Shown here: in pieces, positions 49,886 through 63,269 of the stretch
How the letters are laid out: every line of letters starts with the position of its first letter
How positions within the stretch are numbered: position 1 is the stretch's first letter
Origin: Enoplolaimus lenunculus
Lineage: Eukaryota
Assembly: GCA_030248215.1 (NCBI GenBank)
Contig: JASANG010003338.1
Location: 372,001-436,000, forward strand
Reading direction: 5' to 3'
DNA length: 64,000 bases
The notes under the pieces: model-generated
Databases searched by the model: none
Seen by the model: only the letters and a program-made list of their open reading frames with translations
Told to the model about the DNA's origin: nothing
Program-made: the position numbers and the translations under genes

Positions 49886-50918
49886 TGTAGTTTAAAGTTT
49901 CAAGGGTAAAAGTGTATATTTTATATTTCGTAAGTAAACGTGGTTAAATCGAATCCAATATATATATATATATTTATATATATATAAATATATATATTTA
50001 TATATAAGACTTTCAATTTCAGTATAGCATAAAGTGTATGTGCAATATATTTCTGACATAAAGTCAGTTTAGGCTTTAGGCTTAGCAATATGCTTATTTA
50101 TAATGCTGTTCTGCTCCTGTTCTTTATACATTGGACCATTTTTGTAACGATGCAAATGGCAAATTTCCATAATTTTCTAAATTTTGTTCAAAAATAGCAG
50201 ATTAGAAACCTTAAGTTTCGATAATGGAATATTGTTTTCCAAAATACGACTACAGACATTCTGCAAGTTCTTTCTTGTCTCGGTACAATGAAGTTCGTGG
50301 TTTTCAACGATGTGATTAGTGCTAAAAGTTGAATAAAAGCTATGCGTAAATACAGGAATGAAGCATAAAAAGGTGCATTCAAGTAGTCTTAAAACTAGCT
50401 TATTGTGACTGGAATTCCGCCGTTAAAATGCTAAAACAAGGCATTGATTTCGTTAAGCGTAAAAACAATCGCAAAGTCACATGCCGGCTTTGTTCGATAA
50501 CGGTGTTCACAGTTTTACGCTATTACTTTGATAACTGGACGGCAAACTGGCGCTGATAAGCTGATTTAGCCGCTTTTCAAGCTGCTAATTCTAAGATTTA
50601 ATAGTAAACAGTTTTAGTTGTTAAAAGATATGAAATATTTTTGGTGCCGAAATCTTTTGTCAGACAATTATTTTTCTGACTATAATATATTCCGCGAAAA
50701 ATTAGCAAATTTGAATCTGCTATCGGCCCCAAAATCAAATCGACAATTGCCGCTCTGATTCGGGAAATTCCGGTGCTTACCCTGTCTAAACTCGGTCACT
50801 AAATTTTCGTAGTTGCATGAGTATACGTTTTCATGTGCCACACCAACGTTGATTTGACCGAAGTAACAGTCCAGCGTATACCTTAATACAGGACGCTATC
50901 GGAGGTGATAAAAATTGC

Positions 50919-51120
50919 CACTGCAAAAAATAGTGAGTTAAATTGACTCTCTCCGAAATAGGCTTTCTCCGAGTACACAAACTGAGTCAAAATTCGACTC
51001 CACCAGAGTCAAATTGAGTCTAATTTCACTCAGACACAGTCGAATTTTGAGTCAGTTTGTGTAGTCAGGAAAAGCCTATTTCGGAGAGAGTCAATTTGAC
51101 TCACCATTTTTTGCAGCGTG
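50919..51120. mobile_element. Palindromic CACTG-type MITE
   Basis: cactgcaaaaaatagtgagt / actcaccattttttgcagcg; near-perfect foldback. Confidence 0.82.
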
Positions 51121-51593
51121 GAGGGAAACAATTCTATTTGGAGCCGTAGGTGAAACAGTTTTGTAAGAAAAAGGATTTAGTGTAACTTTATAAGCAAGAA
51201 TCTACAAATTACGTCCAAAAATTCGGATTTAACCTTCTATTTTGAGAAATCTCAGCAATAAAGATTCCACCCGCAACTGCTCCAGTGTTAATATACAAAC
51301 TAACCCTCCAGGCAAATTTACTATAAAAAGGCCAACAATTCGGTCCGTAGGTTGATGTTCTGCCGGAATTTTTGCGGGAGGTTTTGGCAATTTCGGTAGT
51401 GAAATTTTGTTGCAGTTCAACAAAATTTGTCATTTTGGAGTATTTCGTTTAAACTTTTGGCACAAATTTGAAGGAAAAAATGCCGATCATTCTAAAAAAT
51501 AAGCGTAAAGCCAAACAATTTAACAACATATTATAAATATTAACTTAAGCGAAAAATTTTAGTTTACTATCTATAAACTAACAAACTAAACAC

Positions 51594-52239
51594 CATTCTA
51601 TACTTGATTTCTTCTCACATCCGGCTTCAGCAAATTTTATTGACTCCGGCATATTTCAGTTCGAACCAGGGTTGTTGGCCGGAAAAAAATTACTGGAAAA
51701 AATGGGTTTTTTCATTTTTTTTTTCGAGGGGGTGGAAAAAATGGAAAAATATTAAACGATTCTTAAATATAATTTGCAACTAAATATTATATTAAATAAG
51801 ATTAGACGACATGTAACTAATTTTCATGCAACACATTAAAAGTGACCGTGTGTAATGTCTACCAGGAGGACACATTATATGTCAGAAAAGAGCGATAATT
51901 GCAGCATATGAACATATAAATGGATCTCAGAATTGAAACTTTGCCACGAGATTCATTGTAAAACTACATATGCAACTTGCTCGGTTCAGTCACCAAGTTT
52001 CGTCGGCAGTGGGGCCAAAGTTAGGGTGCTCAAAGTTGAAAGCGTGTTTTTACCGTATGAGTGAACACAAGAATACGCCTAGCTTCAACCTCGCTTTGCT
52101 TGCGAGGCTGCAGCAATTGAGAGGCTTTGATGTCAGAAAAAACACAAAAGTATCTTGGGATTTAATATATACTTACAAAAAACTAGTGTGACTTGTTAAA
52201 GTCGATTCATTTATGAGTTTCTGATGTTCTGATGACCTC
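51594..52239. repeat. Left copy of a ~645-bp direct repeat
   Basis: Matches 53429-54071 from cattctatacttg to gatgacctc, apart from about two substitutions and homopolymer-length differences. Confidence 0.95.
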
Positions 52240-52589
52240 TGTAAAAACCCTTCGATGATTGGATACAATTCGTGTAACAACAAATATTGTTGAGTCCGAA
52301 ATCGCGGACCGACGATAGTTGAGTAAATACACCAGGTATAACTAGGGTTTAGTTTTTTATTTTAGATAACGAAATATTCACAATTCAAACTAATTTACAC
52401 CGAACATCTTCGGCTAACCTTACATAGCATCAAACCTGTATTATCCCGAAAATTTCCAAATTAAAACCAAAACCAGAATTTTCAGTCTCCGCTTTTCCTT
52501 TATTACCAAACTAATCCCGTGCTTTTCCCCAGTATGCAAAAATCCACTAGCTACTGTTCGATGTAATCGACACTCGCGAGAGCAAAGTT

Positions 52590-53431
52590 CTATCGAACGA
52601 ACATTCCATTGGAGCTTCGATAATAGGAAACCCGATCTTTTGTCATAATAAATGCCACTGTTTTGAGTTCTTCGACGATTTCCGCACATGCTCTGATCAC
52701 CATGCGGAAGCCCAAATGGTTAAGATGAAACCCATCCGTGTCGAAGAACCTTTTGTTAATCGTTCCGGGATTGCCCCAATGAACGGGCAATCGCCACGTG
52801 TCGTCCAATTGATGCAGGATATCCCTAAATGTTGGCAGCGCGCTTCGATAAATCGAGAATGCACCGATATGTGCGGGATCGATGGATGTGGTACAGCAGT
52901 GCACAAGATAATCTGGGGGCCCTCCGGCATCTGCTCGATGAATTTTTCCATTACCGCCCAGGATGAACGTTGTTTCTCGTCGCTATCTTGAGCATTGTTA
53001 ACACCACAATTGATAATAATTGTGTGGTAGATCGCAGGACTCACACGTAATTGACCGATAATATCGACTAGATCATGATACCTACCGCCAGAAACTGCTA
53101 TGGCCCGTCCGCCGTTGACGAATTGAATATTACGAGCTTGGCTGTCCGACAATATAAGGACCGTTTTGCGGTATCGAATATGAAATTCAACACGACCCCT
53201 GGCGTAAGCCTCAGCGTGCGTTATAATAGGCTCCCAATTCGACAATTGATGGCGCAAAATAAGCTTGTCGAGACAAACTCCGTAATTATTGAACCCTGGG
53301 AACCAAGGTTCCCTGAATCCGTACTGTGGACGATATCCCGAACTCCACACCATTTCGTGGGTAGCTGTCGTGAGCACAAAATTTAACAGTTTGGTTTTGG
53401 GAAAATTCCGAACGATTGACATGAAGGTCAT
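52590..53431 (-). pseudogene. Intronless SGNH/GDSL hydrolase-like ORF with one frameshift, probably from a mobile element or virus
   Basis: ORF 53431-52697 has block I-like VLILSDSQARNI, block II AVSGG and block III IIINCGVNN. Block V (FFDTDGFHLNHLG) lies in the overlapping frame ending at 52590. The shift is around the GGGG run near 52775. Confidence 0.75.
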
Positions 53432-54071
53432 TCTATACTTGATTTCTTCTCACATCCGGCTTCAGCAAGTTTTATTGACTCCGGCATATTTCAGTTCGAA
53501 CCAGGGTTGTTGGCCGGAAAAAAATTACTGGAAAAAATGGGTTTTTTCATTTTTTTCGAGGGGGTGGAAAAAATGGAAAAATATTAAACGATTCTTAAAT
53601 ATAATTTGCAACTAAATATTATATTAAATAAGATTAGACGACATGTAACTAATTTTCATGCAACACATTAAAAGTGACCGTGTGTAATGTCTACCAGGAG
53701 GACACATTATATGTCAGAAAAGAGCGATAATTGCAGCATATGAACATATAAATGGATCTCAGAATTGAAACTTTGCCACGAGATTCATTGTAAAACTACA
53801 TATGCAACTTGCTCGGTTCAGTCACCAAGTTTCGTCGGCAGTGGGGCCAAAGTTAGGGTGCTCAAAGTTGAAAGCGTGTTTTTACCGTATGAGTTAACAC
53901 AAGAATACGCCTAGCTTCAACCTCGCTTTGCTTGCGAGGCTGCAGCAATTGAGAGGCTTTGATGTCAGAAAAAACACAAAAGTATCTTGGGATTTAATAT
54001 ATACTTACAAAAAACTAGTGTGACTTGTTAAAGTCGATTCATTTATGAGTTTCTGATGTTCTGATGACCTC
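53429..54071. repeat. Right copy of a ~645-bp direct repeat
   Basis: Partner of 51594-52239. Confidence 0.95.
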
Positions 54072-54514
54072 CGACCATTTTTCCATGCCAAAAGTTGAAT
54101 TTTTAAAAAATTCGAATTGTAAGGTCCCAAATTCCTCCACTAGACTCAAAATGTTTTTTGTCGAAAAATAATACAAATTATATACCATTTGTTCGCAGGT
54201 TAAGGAGCTGAGACGAATATCGTTAAATATATCCCAATCAGACGTCCGCTTAACGAGTCACTGATATATAATTTGTCCATTTTATAGAAAAAAATTTACG
54301 GTCCCAGGAGGCTGAATTGTGGCCTTAAAAATCTAATTTTTCAGATTTGGGCATGTAATGATCAGATGTCATCAGAAGCTCAAAACACTTTCAAAATGTG
54401 AGCATTTTTGGGTAAACGACGGCTAAGGGTGGGCTAACCCATCACTCAGACAAAGAATGAATTTTTTCCGGATACAATGGAAAAAATTCATTTTTTTCCG
54501 GTCAACACATTCCG
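53502..54514. mobile_element. Non-autonomous TIR element (~1 kb, CAGGG end); truncated duplicate at 51667-52239
   Basis: Left end cagggttgttggccggaaaaaaa; right end tttttttccggtcaacacattccg (imperfect inverted repeat). Confidence 0.65.
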
Positions 54515-54635
54515 CCTACTCTATGCGCTCAAAATACAGATGTACAATAGAAATTTATTAAGTACGATAAATAAAAAGAAAGGTTACATCCCAACGCGAA
54601 TTTAGTTTTGCAGATCACGAAGCAATAGTAGTCAA

Positions 54636-55027
54636 CAGGGTGTAACGGGATATCCGCTTCCGGTGAAAGTCGGCATCATTTCCGGTAAAAATCAGTATTC
54701 ATTTCCGTTATATAAATACAGAAAATCCTGTCATATTCACGCTCAAAATTAGTAAAAAACGTATATAACCAGCAATTTTTCATTACAAATATACGGTAAT
54801 TGTTTGATACGAAAGAAAAACTACGAAATTCATCCAAAATCTTTAAAAAATTTGGCGCATCCGCCATTTTTTCTTCCAAATTTTAGAAAGCCCGGTGAAA
54901 ATTTGCATGTCTCAATTCTATTGCCACAGAAATAAAACATCATTGAAACATTTATACTCCAACATACGGTTTCCGTTATTTCGATCACTATCTGTTTCCG
55001 CTATTTTTACTATCCTTTTACACTCTG
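54636..55027. mobile_element. hAT-like MITE
   Basis: Ends cagggtgtaa / ttacactctg; TSD gtagtcaa / gtagtcag; related copies at about 13231-13555 and 31052-31420. Confidence 0.78.
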
Positions 55028-55867
55028 GTAGTCAGTAAATGTAGTATTTTCATTCATAACTTATATTTTGCGCTATCTTAAGTCAATTTCTAAATTCTAT
55101 ACCTAGACATTCCTGGCATTGCTTGAACACACCGATTTGTAGCGTGCTCAATTTTGTGACTTCATACTCTAACAATCAAAATCAGAAGTGTTGCTCATGT
55201 TGACTCTAGGGGTATACCTACGAAGTCTACATGTAAGCCTGAGTCTACACCTAAACCTTCGATCTTTAAAATTCGCTAGTCTTCCGGTATCCTGCCTAGC
55301 AAGACCCTATACCAATAACACGACGGACTGCATTCCCAAAGTAAAAAAGAATGACGCTTTTAACTTATACGTACGTTTTTAAACACAATTTTATTTAGCT
55401 ATAATGAGAAATGCTACAACACTCATCACCACAACCCGATAGGGACATTAAAATTATTTTTTATAAGCTTCCCCGAAAGTAATCCTGAAACTATTATTAC
55501 AGAAACACTGTCAAACAAAACAATACACCATGACAAAGACATCAAACATAATGCTGCCTAATTTAATTAAACCGGAACTTACAATTGAGCAAAGCTCGAG
55601 TTATCAAATATTTGCTTGTTTTAAACGTACCATAAATTATAAACTAACCACAATATAAGCTGGCAACTATGAACTACATAGTGTTCAGTATTTAAGTATT
55701 CCGTACAACCTTACGTTTGCGGAAGTACTTAATATTTCTAAATCTACAACCGTAACAAGTGCAACCAACAGCCACTACGCACATTTGAAAATACTGGCTA
55801 AAGAACCGAACCAGCACAGTACGATGGGTAACTATCTCATCTCACCTGGTACTTTATTTCGTAAACA

Positions 55868-58800
55868 TTATTCAATTACTGCAATATCATCGTCGTTACT
55901 ACTATCTTCAAACAAGCTTGCCATATGATCAGACTGTTCAGCAGTTTTGCTCATGCCTTCAGTGCTACTTTGCTGTTGTTCCATGAGATGCTGCCTGTAT
56001 TTCAAAGCCAGTTCTGAAATCAGTTCTTTCAATGCCTGAAAGTATAAATAAATTTACTTCAAAATAGCATTTCACACAATACATATATTTCGATGAAGAT
56101 GCATTATGATGACATCAAATCATGTTTTCAGTACATTATACACTTTCGTTACCAATTAATTTATACTATTTTCCCCATATATGTACACCAAACACACTGC
56201 TCCTAACAAAAGCGAGTTTCGGTAACCAGTAAGTGCAAAACCTCGAAGAAACCGCTGTGTCTGTAACTAAATGGAATTTTAAATTTTCAGAGGCAGCAGT
56301 TTGCCTGAACGAAAACCAACTGCAATCTACTAGCAACAGTAGCTCCGCTTAAAAATATTGCTCAACAAAGAATGTATACTAATTTAAGCGAAAGAGTACT
56401 TTTGTAGAATATACTACTTAAAATACCTTGCGCTTTCGCCGAACAACTGACAGTTGAAACCACTTTGACAGGTCTCCGTGATTCGGTGGTGTTGTATTCA
56501 GTGAATCGAGTAAAGCAGCGTGGGACCGAAGACTTCGCAACCGGCGATTTTGATTCCAACTCGACAAATCATCCAACAATTCGACAAAATCTCGCTTTTG
56601 CTCTGTTTTCGCAACTGACTGTGATAAATCGTACATGGGTTCTGTTGCTAGTAGAACAACGTTTGGGTTCTATAACATATATTATTGTGTATCTACGCAT
56701 TTTGGCATTTCCATGACGTCTGGTATCGAGCAGTAATTGATGCTGCGGCGGACGAATACAGCATTTGGCGATACAACTAGTAAGCCAGGGCACTAGCCGG
56801 AAAACTGTTTCGTGAGCTAAGTTACAGTCTGTTAAAACAGAACGCAGAAGTACTGCGGAAACCCTAAACCTAAACAGCGGTTGTTTGTTCTGTTGACAAT
56901 ATAAACACGATAACAGCCAGGGAAGAGCACTCTGCGTTACAAACCGGGAATGATATCGGAGATAAAATTTACTGAAGTTCTTAAAAAAATTTTGTTGAAT
57001 TTTTTCAATATTTAGATTACGCGATAGTTTTTGCTGTGTAATAAGAAGGTTATCTAATGAAATTTATATTGGTTTCCTTATTAAGAATGGTTTTTTGCCG
57101 GTTTTAGGTTGAAAAGAAGTTTTTATTAAGGCTAAAACAATTTTTAAAAACAGTTGGTTATTTTGTTAAGGAGTTTGAAATCTATCAAGACTAAAAAGAC
57201 GAAACCCGTTGTAAACCCAGCTTTACAGAGACCGGCCGTAACCAGCAATAGTACAGCGTCTGTTTACCTCAAGAAAGCTTTCCACATACTGTAATAAAAA
57301 CAACCCGCAATCGGAATAGTTTGTTTGCTGTGGAACTTCGGGATACAAACCCGGAATTGTAGAATTTGTAAATTTAGCTTTTGTTGTCGATTCAGCATCC
57401 GCGTCATTTGCAGCGTTAGAAAAATTGTTTTTTCGCGCGTGCCATTCTTCTGTTAAGTAGCTAAAATAACGTAAGGTAAACGTACCAAAACTGTATTTGC
57501 GACTGAAACGTGTGAATTTCCTTAATATAGTTAGCAGAAATGAGCTTATTTTATTCTTTATTAAGTACAATTTATCAAAATCTTAGATCGATATATAAAT
57601 TCATAAACTAAAACACATCACGCGCAAACTAGAATAACCGGTTCAAAGCACATTTTTATTAAACTTCGAGTCCTGCAAAATATTGTCCAATAACTTGTTG
57701 TTCATAAAAGAAACGCTGTATAACTCACTCCTGCAAGGCAGACACAGTACTTGAGCGATAGTCACCAGGAACCAGAGAATCGAATATAATTATTCGTGGC
57801 CTAAAATTACCGGTAACTAGTCGTTGCATACTTGAGCACAAAGTATCTATACATTATGTCCAGGGTGCAACCGGAATTACAATTTACCGAAACCGGATTT
57901 TGAAAAAATTACCGGAAACGGGACCGGAAAATGAAAAATACATGCCACCGAAAAATTCATTTTAATTATCTTCTTTGCAATATTATTGGTTAAATAACAA
58001 TAGGGAAAGATAGGTATTCACTTTATCTGCTGTATTTTAATTTTTTAATCAACAGAAGTGAAATCTATCTTATATGATTTATTTTCGGCGATTGTCAAGG
58101 CTTACATACTAAACTAATGCCATCTATTTAATTTTACCGTTATTTTTAGCAAAATATCTTAATTTCCACCAACTAAAATTTAATACCGGAATTTTTAATT
58201 TCGGTAAAAATTTACCGGAACCGGAACGTCAAAAATTTTCGGATCCAGAACCGAAATTCCCGTTGCACCCTGATTATGTCTTGTATATGATGGGTCAATT
58301 CAAATAATTAATTTACACAATTTCTGCGCTCAAATTCAAAACTCTGCTTTAAATCAATCTCAAAACGATAGCTGCACACTTCCCAAAATTCTTCAAATCA
58401 AATACTGATATAATATTCTAGTGGAATTTATGATGATTTATTGCTGATTAACAGCATAATGATGATGCAAAGTATATCGTAGGCACGCCATAAGCTTATA
58501 ATGTAGCTTATGAATTGTTGAACAACATATTACAGTAATGTTTTAGGCGGATCTGCAACCAAAATTATTTACAAAGCGGTATTTTGCTATTTTACTCGCC
58601 AAATTCCGGAACCGGAATTATGGTTGCAACTTGGTTTAGGCCATGGTTTCAATAAAAACTACTTGTCGCAGGAAGCACAAACAGGAATTCATTTTTTCGC
58701 CCGAACATTGGAATTATAGTGGATCACCGAATGACGGCTAATCGACTATACCGCAAAATAAAATATGAGCTGTTCACCGCCTGTTTGAAGTTATCATTAG

Positions 58801-61800
58801 TCTGAGTTTAGGTCAAATTTTGAGGCGTAAATTTTTGTTTTTATGCTAATACTTCATAATTGGTCGAAAAACCGTGAAAAATTTCGGTTCCAGCGTCTTC
58901 AATAGAAATAGGAATATTTGTTGATTTGAATACACCACCGAAAATTAAAATAAAATTACTTTTTGTCAGTTTCATCATCAAGTTCAATTACTGACTCCAT
59001 CCTGTCTAGTTGTACATGTGGTTGTCTGATGTTTAACTGATTCATATTCTTTTGAGATGATGAATGTTCTTGACTCGGTTGCCGATTTGCCAAATAGACA
59101 CAACTCCTTGTCGTTCGAAGACGTCGACCATCCCGCGGTGGACTAGGTTCAATGATATCTTGCTCTTCAACAGCTGATAACAGCTCGCTTGATTTAGCAT
59201 TATGTTCAGAAGATTGACTGTAACTTTGGCTATTGCCACAGCATATGTTTGGCTTTTCCGAAGCACGCGCTACTCGACCGGGGTAACAAATAACGGCCAA
59301 ATACCAGTGTGAGCTACAACAGAAAACTAACTAACTTAATAGCAACTAAACCGCAAAATAATTCATTACAATAGGTTGCGTTCCCTTATTTTTTCATAAA
59401 TGCTTCCTGAGTTTCTGTAATATTGCAAAGGTATCAGATTTGCAATTGTTTGAATTGCAGTTCGTTTACAAAATACATATTATGTAGAAACTCAAAATAG
59501 CTACACCTCTGTTATGGTATAATGTGTGTATTGGTTTTTTTGTATTTGCATAATATCTGGGCGGCTCGTCTGTATTTTTAGATTTGTAAAAAACAATAAT
59601 GCACAAGTATACAGTTTTTGGTGTGCATATCACAGTTTCCAACGCATCACGTTGCATATTTCTGTCGGTTTTGAAACAAAATGGTCTGCATTTTAAACTA
59701 TTGGGGCGGACGCGAGTATTCAAGCAGTGGAACTGTATAGGGATTGAAGTTTACTGTTAAACAAGATAGCCAAAATATTTACCTTTTTAAAAGTAGCCAT
59801 AAAATTTTTTAAATTTAAACAACCTTGTCGCGAATTTTAAAGTATCCCTTTAATTTCGAGGACGTTCTAGTCTCAAAAATTAGTTTGGTTTTTTTCGTAG
59901 AAATCTCTTAATTTTTTACAAAGTAAAGTTCAAAATTTTAGTTAAAAACGTCCAGTGTTGATAACTTTGAAGATTTAATTTTATTTTAGAACTATATTAA
60001 AATTTCAGGAATTTAGTGTAACCTTTTAAATGTTGGGTGTAAAAGGAACCTGCGCGATTAATCCAGGGGGCAGTTTTCGAGTTGAAGTTTTGCGTTGCGC
60101 TGAACAGTTTGTTAGTTTCCAGTTACCTTTGAGGTTTGAGTTTGCTCGAGCTGTTATCAGAATACGGTTTGGGGTTCTGTGAACGCATGCTTTAACATTC
60201 CCATGCGGGAATCTAACCAGGGTTATTTTATTTTGGCAAACTTTTGCGGGTTCGAAAGTGATTCTGTTAAAAGTTAGCTGTTGTATGAATTCAAGTTGCT
60301 GTCGAATGACTGCACGCTATGGAGTTTGTTCATGGAAGTAGTATTATAATCTTGCCTGTGCCATTTGAAATGACGAGTTCTTATTCTGTTTGCTTTTGCT
60401 GCTATGTGCACGTAAACGCTTAAGTTCGTTCTTTTAGGAAATTTTAGTGTTGTGGAGGCCAAACGAGGTGTATCAGCATGCAGGTCGTGTTCTAGGTTTT
60501 TGATAGGGACCCTTACCGTTTTTATAAAGTGGCATGGGAATATACTGAAAAATTATTTTGTCTAAATCGTGTGTGATAATCAGATCAGGTAAGCGTGGTA
60601 TCGGATTATGAACAGCCTTATCACACCAGGTCAAAGAGACTGCTTTGTGATTCTCTGTAGCTAAATGACTACGTTGTAAACGTCGAACATTTCCATACAA
60701 AAAATTAAGATCGGTCACTTTGGGTTGCTATATGACAAAATATCACTTTACAAGTCCAGCTTACCTTTGACATATTGGCACAATTACAAAATCTTTTTGA
60801 AAAATATCAATGTCTTTGGTCCATTTTTTAACCCGCGTATGTCTCGCTCGCCGCTTCCTAAAAGTTGTGTTTTAATAATATTATTTTTTGCATATAGAGC
60901 GAAATTCAACCCAAACACGTTGTAGTAACCACAACACAAATTAACCCTGAAGACCTTTGACGGGGACTGTAAAATTACTGATGTGTGGCAGGCAGGGTGC
61001 AACCAGAATTACAATTTACCGGAACCGGAATTTAAAAATTTTATCGGAACCGGAACCCGAACCGGAAAGTGAAAAATGCATTTCACCAAAAATTTCATTT
61101 TAATCTTATTTTTTGTTCTATTATTTGTGAAATAACCTTAGTCGAACATAGATATTTATTTTATTTGTTGTATTTTAGATTTTCATTATCGACTGAAGTG
61201 AAATCCACCATCAATGGCTTATATTCGGAGTACAAGTGGCTTTCAAAAGAGATTCTTAAAAATTAGCAAAGTTAATAAAACGGCCAAATTATAATACCGG
61301 AATTTTTAAATCCGGTAAAAATTTACCGGAACCGGAATTTGAAAAAATGTCGGAACCGGAATTCCGGTTGCACCCTGGTGGCAGGGTGGCAAAAAGCTTA
61401 AGATTGGGATTCGGCCCAAATTTGCGGTTCCAATTCGGGTTCGGTTGCAAAAAACCGAATCCAGACGCCGAGTCCAACAATGTTCGGCAATATGTTTTTC
61501 GGTTTTACACAATAAAAATTTAAAATAACTTGTTCTATTCATAAAATTTTTTGTTTCAGGTCACAAAAATTAAAATTGACGTCGAGCACGAAATATATCA
61601 ACGTTTAAAAATGATGCTGCTGGCACTGCGTTGATATTTTGAAACACATTATAGACATAACTGAAATTTACATCATGCAGCATTCGGATTGGGTCAAATC
61701 TAGGATTCAGCGCCACCCTGATGTGTGGATACAAAATTTTTTGCTGATGTCGATCTTATTTTAAAATTTGAGCGATACCGATTGCAATTTTAATATATAC

Positions 61801-63269
61801 ACGGTGCTTAAAGAATAGTTAGGATAAGTAAATGACATTATTATAAACACAAAGACGTAAACCTTAACATCCATAAACAGTTTTAATTTTATGATAACGG
61901 TTCATTTCAATTATTTTTAAAACAAACGCGACAGACATTAGCTTCCTGATTAGACGAAATGATATAAATCAGGAAGTGGAACTGATCGCATTATCGACAA
62001 ACAGTCTGCAATTTTTGCAGTGTCGATACCAGTACTCATGAAAAGTGACGATATTACCGATGACAATGAATAGGCAAATCTCTATATGAAATCAAGAAGT
62101 TTACTTACTTCACACGATATTTAGCAGACTGGCACTTCATAGCGCTTGATGGCAGAAAAGTTTCACTCTCCGAAGATTCATTATCATTTTCCTCACGAAC
62201 ATCGTTATTATTTCTTGCGCTAATACCAGCTGTTCTTTCCTTCTCCAACATTACATTGGGATCCGCTCCACAGAATGTTCTGCGCTTCGAACATTCTTTC
62301 TTACTGTCACAGCCGTCAGCCTTTTCACCACGAAATCGGACATCAGAAATCGTTAAACTGTGCCAAAAGTACGTTCCAAATATATGAACCTGTTCGCGAT
62401 TTGGTAGCAGCTTGTTTTCAACGTGTCTATACTCGTCTGACGTTGACGGCAATTGGCAATGCAAATACCTAAATTGAAAATTCAATAGAAACAATGTTAC
62501 TGGCATTTCGTTTCTGGGTTTGGGGTCCGAAACCCCACTTGAAAAATTCCCATGTTCGGCCCCCCAATCGGAAATCTCAATAGTTATATATACATTATAT
62601 TAATAAAACCGCAAACACAAACAACATATGTTAGCATAGCCTCCAAGCTCCAAAATAGCTAATCAAAAATTTACAAAAAATTTCTAATTTTTAGCCCTAG
62701 AATTTTCCTCCCCGCACTCTAGATTGGGATAGCGAAATGCAAAAGTTATCAACCAAATATTCACCATCCCATCAAAATAATTCAGTATTAAAATTTGCTA
62801 TTCCAGACCATAACCGGAACCAAGAATTGGGTGCAACCAAAGGATATAATAACTATATACCAATAATGTAAAACTAATCCACTGTCAATATTTTAACGAC
62901 CGCTATCCACTTTAAAATACAGTTTTAACAAACAGTCAAACAAAAGCCATACAAAATTTTGAAGTTGCACAACATGATTATGCACTTAAACTTACAAATC
63001 CAGGTTTGCAAAATTTTCACAATGTTTAGGAATTGGTGAACCGGGTTAGGAAGCTTGCTATGCAACTCACTTAAAATCGTTAAAAAGCTTTTGGCAAACA
63101 GGATGGGTTCACTTAACAATGCGCTAGTTGTTTTCAAACTAATAAAACATACTTCAGATAAAAGTCCAAGATGACATCATTCAAATATTCTCGCGGTTTC
63201 AGACACTCAAAATGAGTTTTGCACACAGTAACAGCACCAATAGCGCCGAACGGATAAGAGAACAGAATC
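55868..63269 (-). CDS. Sentrin/SUMO-specific protease, SENP6/7 (ULP-2) type, C48 catalytic domain; 5' part beyond the right edge
   Basis: Exons 63269-63153 (EYLNDVILDFYLK), 62468-62109 (VHIFGTYFW), 60857-60765 (RVKKWTKDIDIFQKDFVIVPI), 59313-58960 (SHWYLAVICYPG, catalytic His), 57800-57729 (IIIFDSL, Asp), 57460-57268 (VPQQTNYSDCGLFLLQYVESF, Cys), 56669-56427, 56035-55868 (stop). All phases join. Long insertions splitting the catalytic domain are typical of SENP6/7. Confidence 0.92.
57861..58272. mobile_element. hAT-like MITE
   Basis: TIR cagggtgcaac / gttgcaccctg; perfect TSD attatgtc. Confidence 0.88.
60989..61720. mobile_element. Two nested hAT-like MITEs
   Basis: Outer element 60989-61720 has TSD atgtgtgg; inner element 60993-61377 has TSD gtggcagg. 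Confidence 0.88.

Noticed and set aside
51594..54071. LTR retrotransposon or TRIM
   Set aside because: The repeats lack TG..CA ends and a flanking TSD, I saw no PBS/PPT or gag/pol, and the repeats consist of two other elements that extend past the repeat boundaries.
10388..55868. Operon of four co-oriented genes
   Set aside because: Intergenic gaps are about 4-6 kb and full of repeats; co-orientation alone is not evidence.
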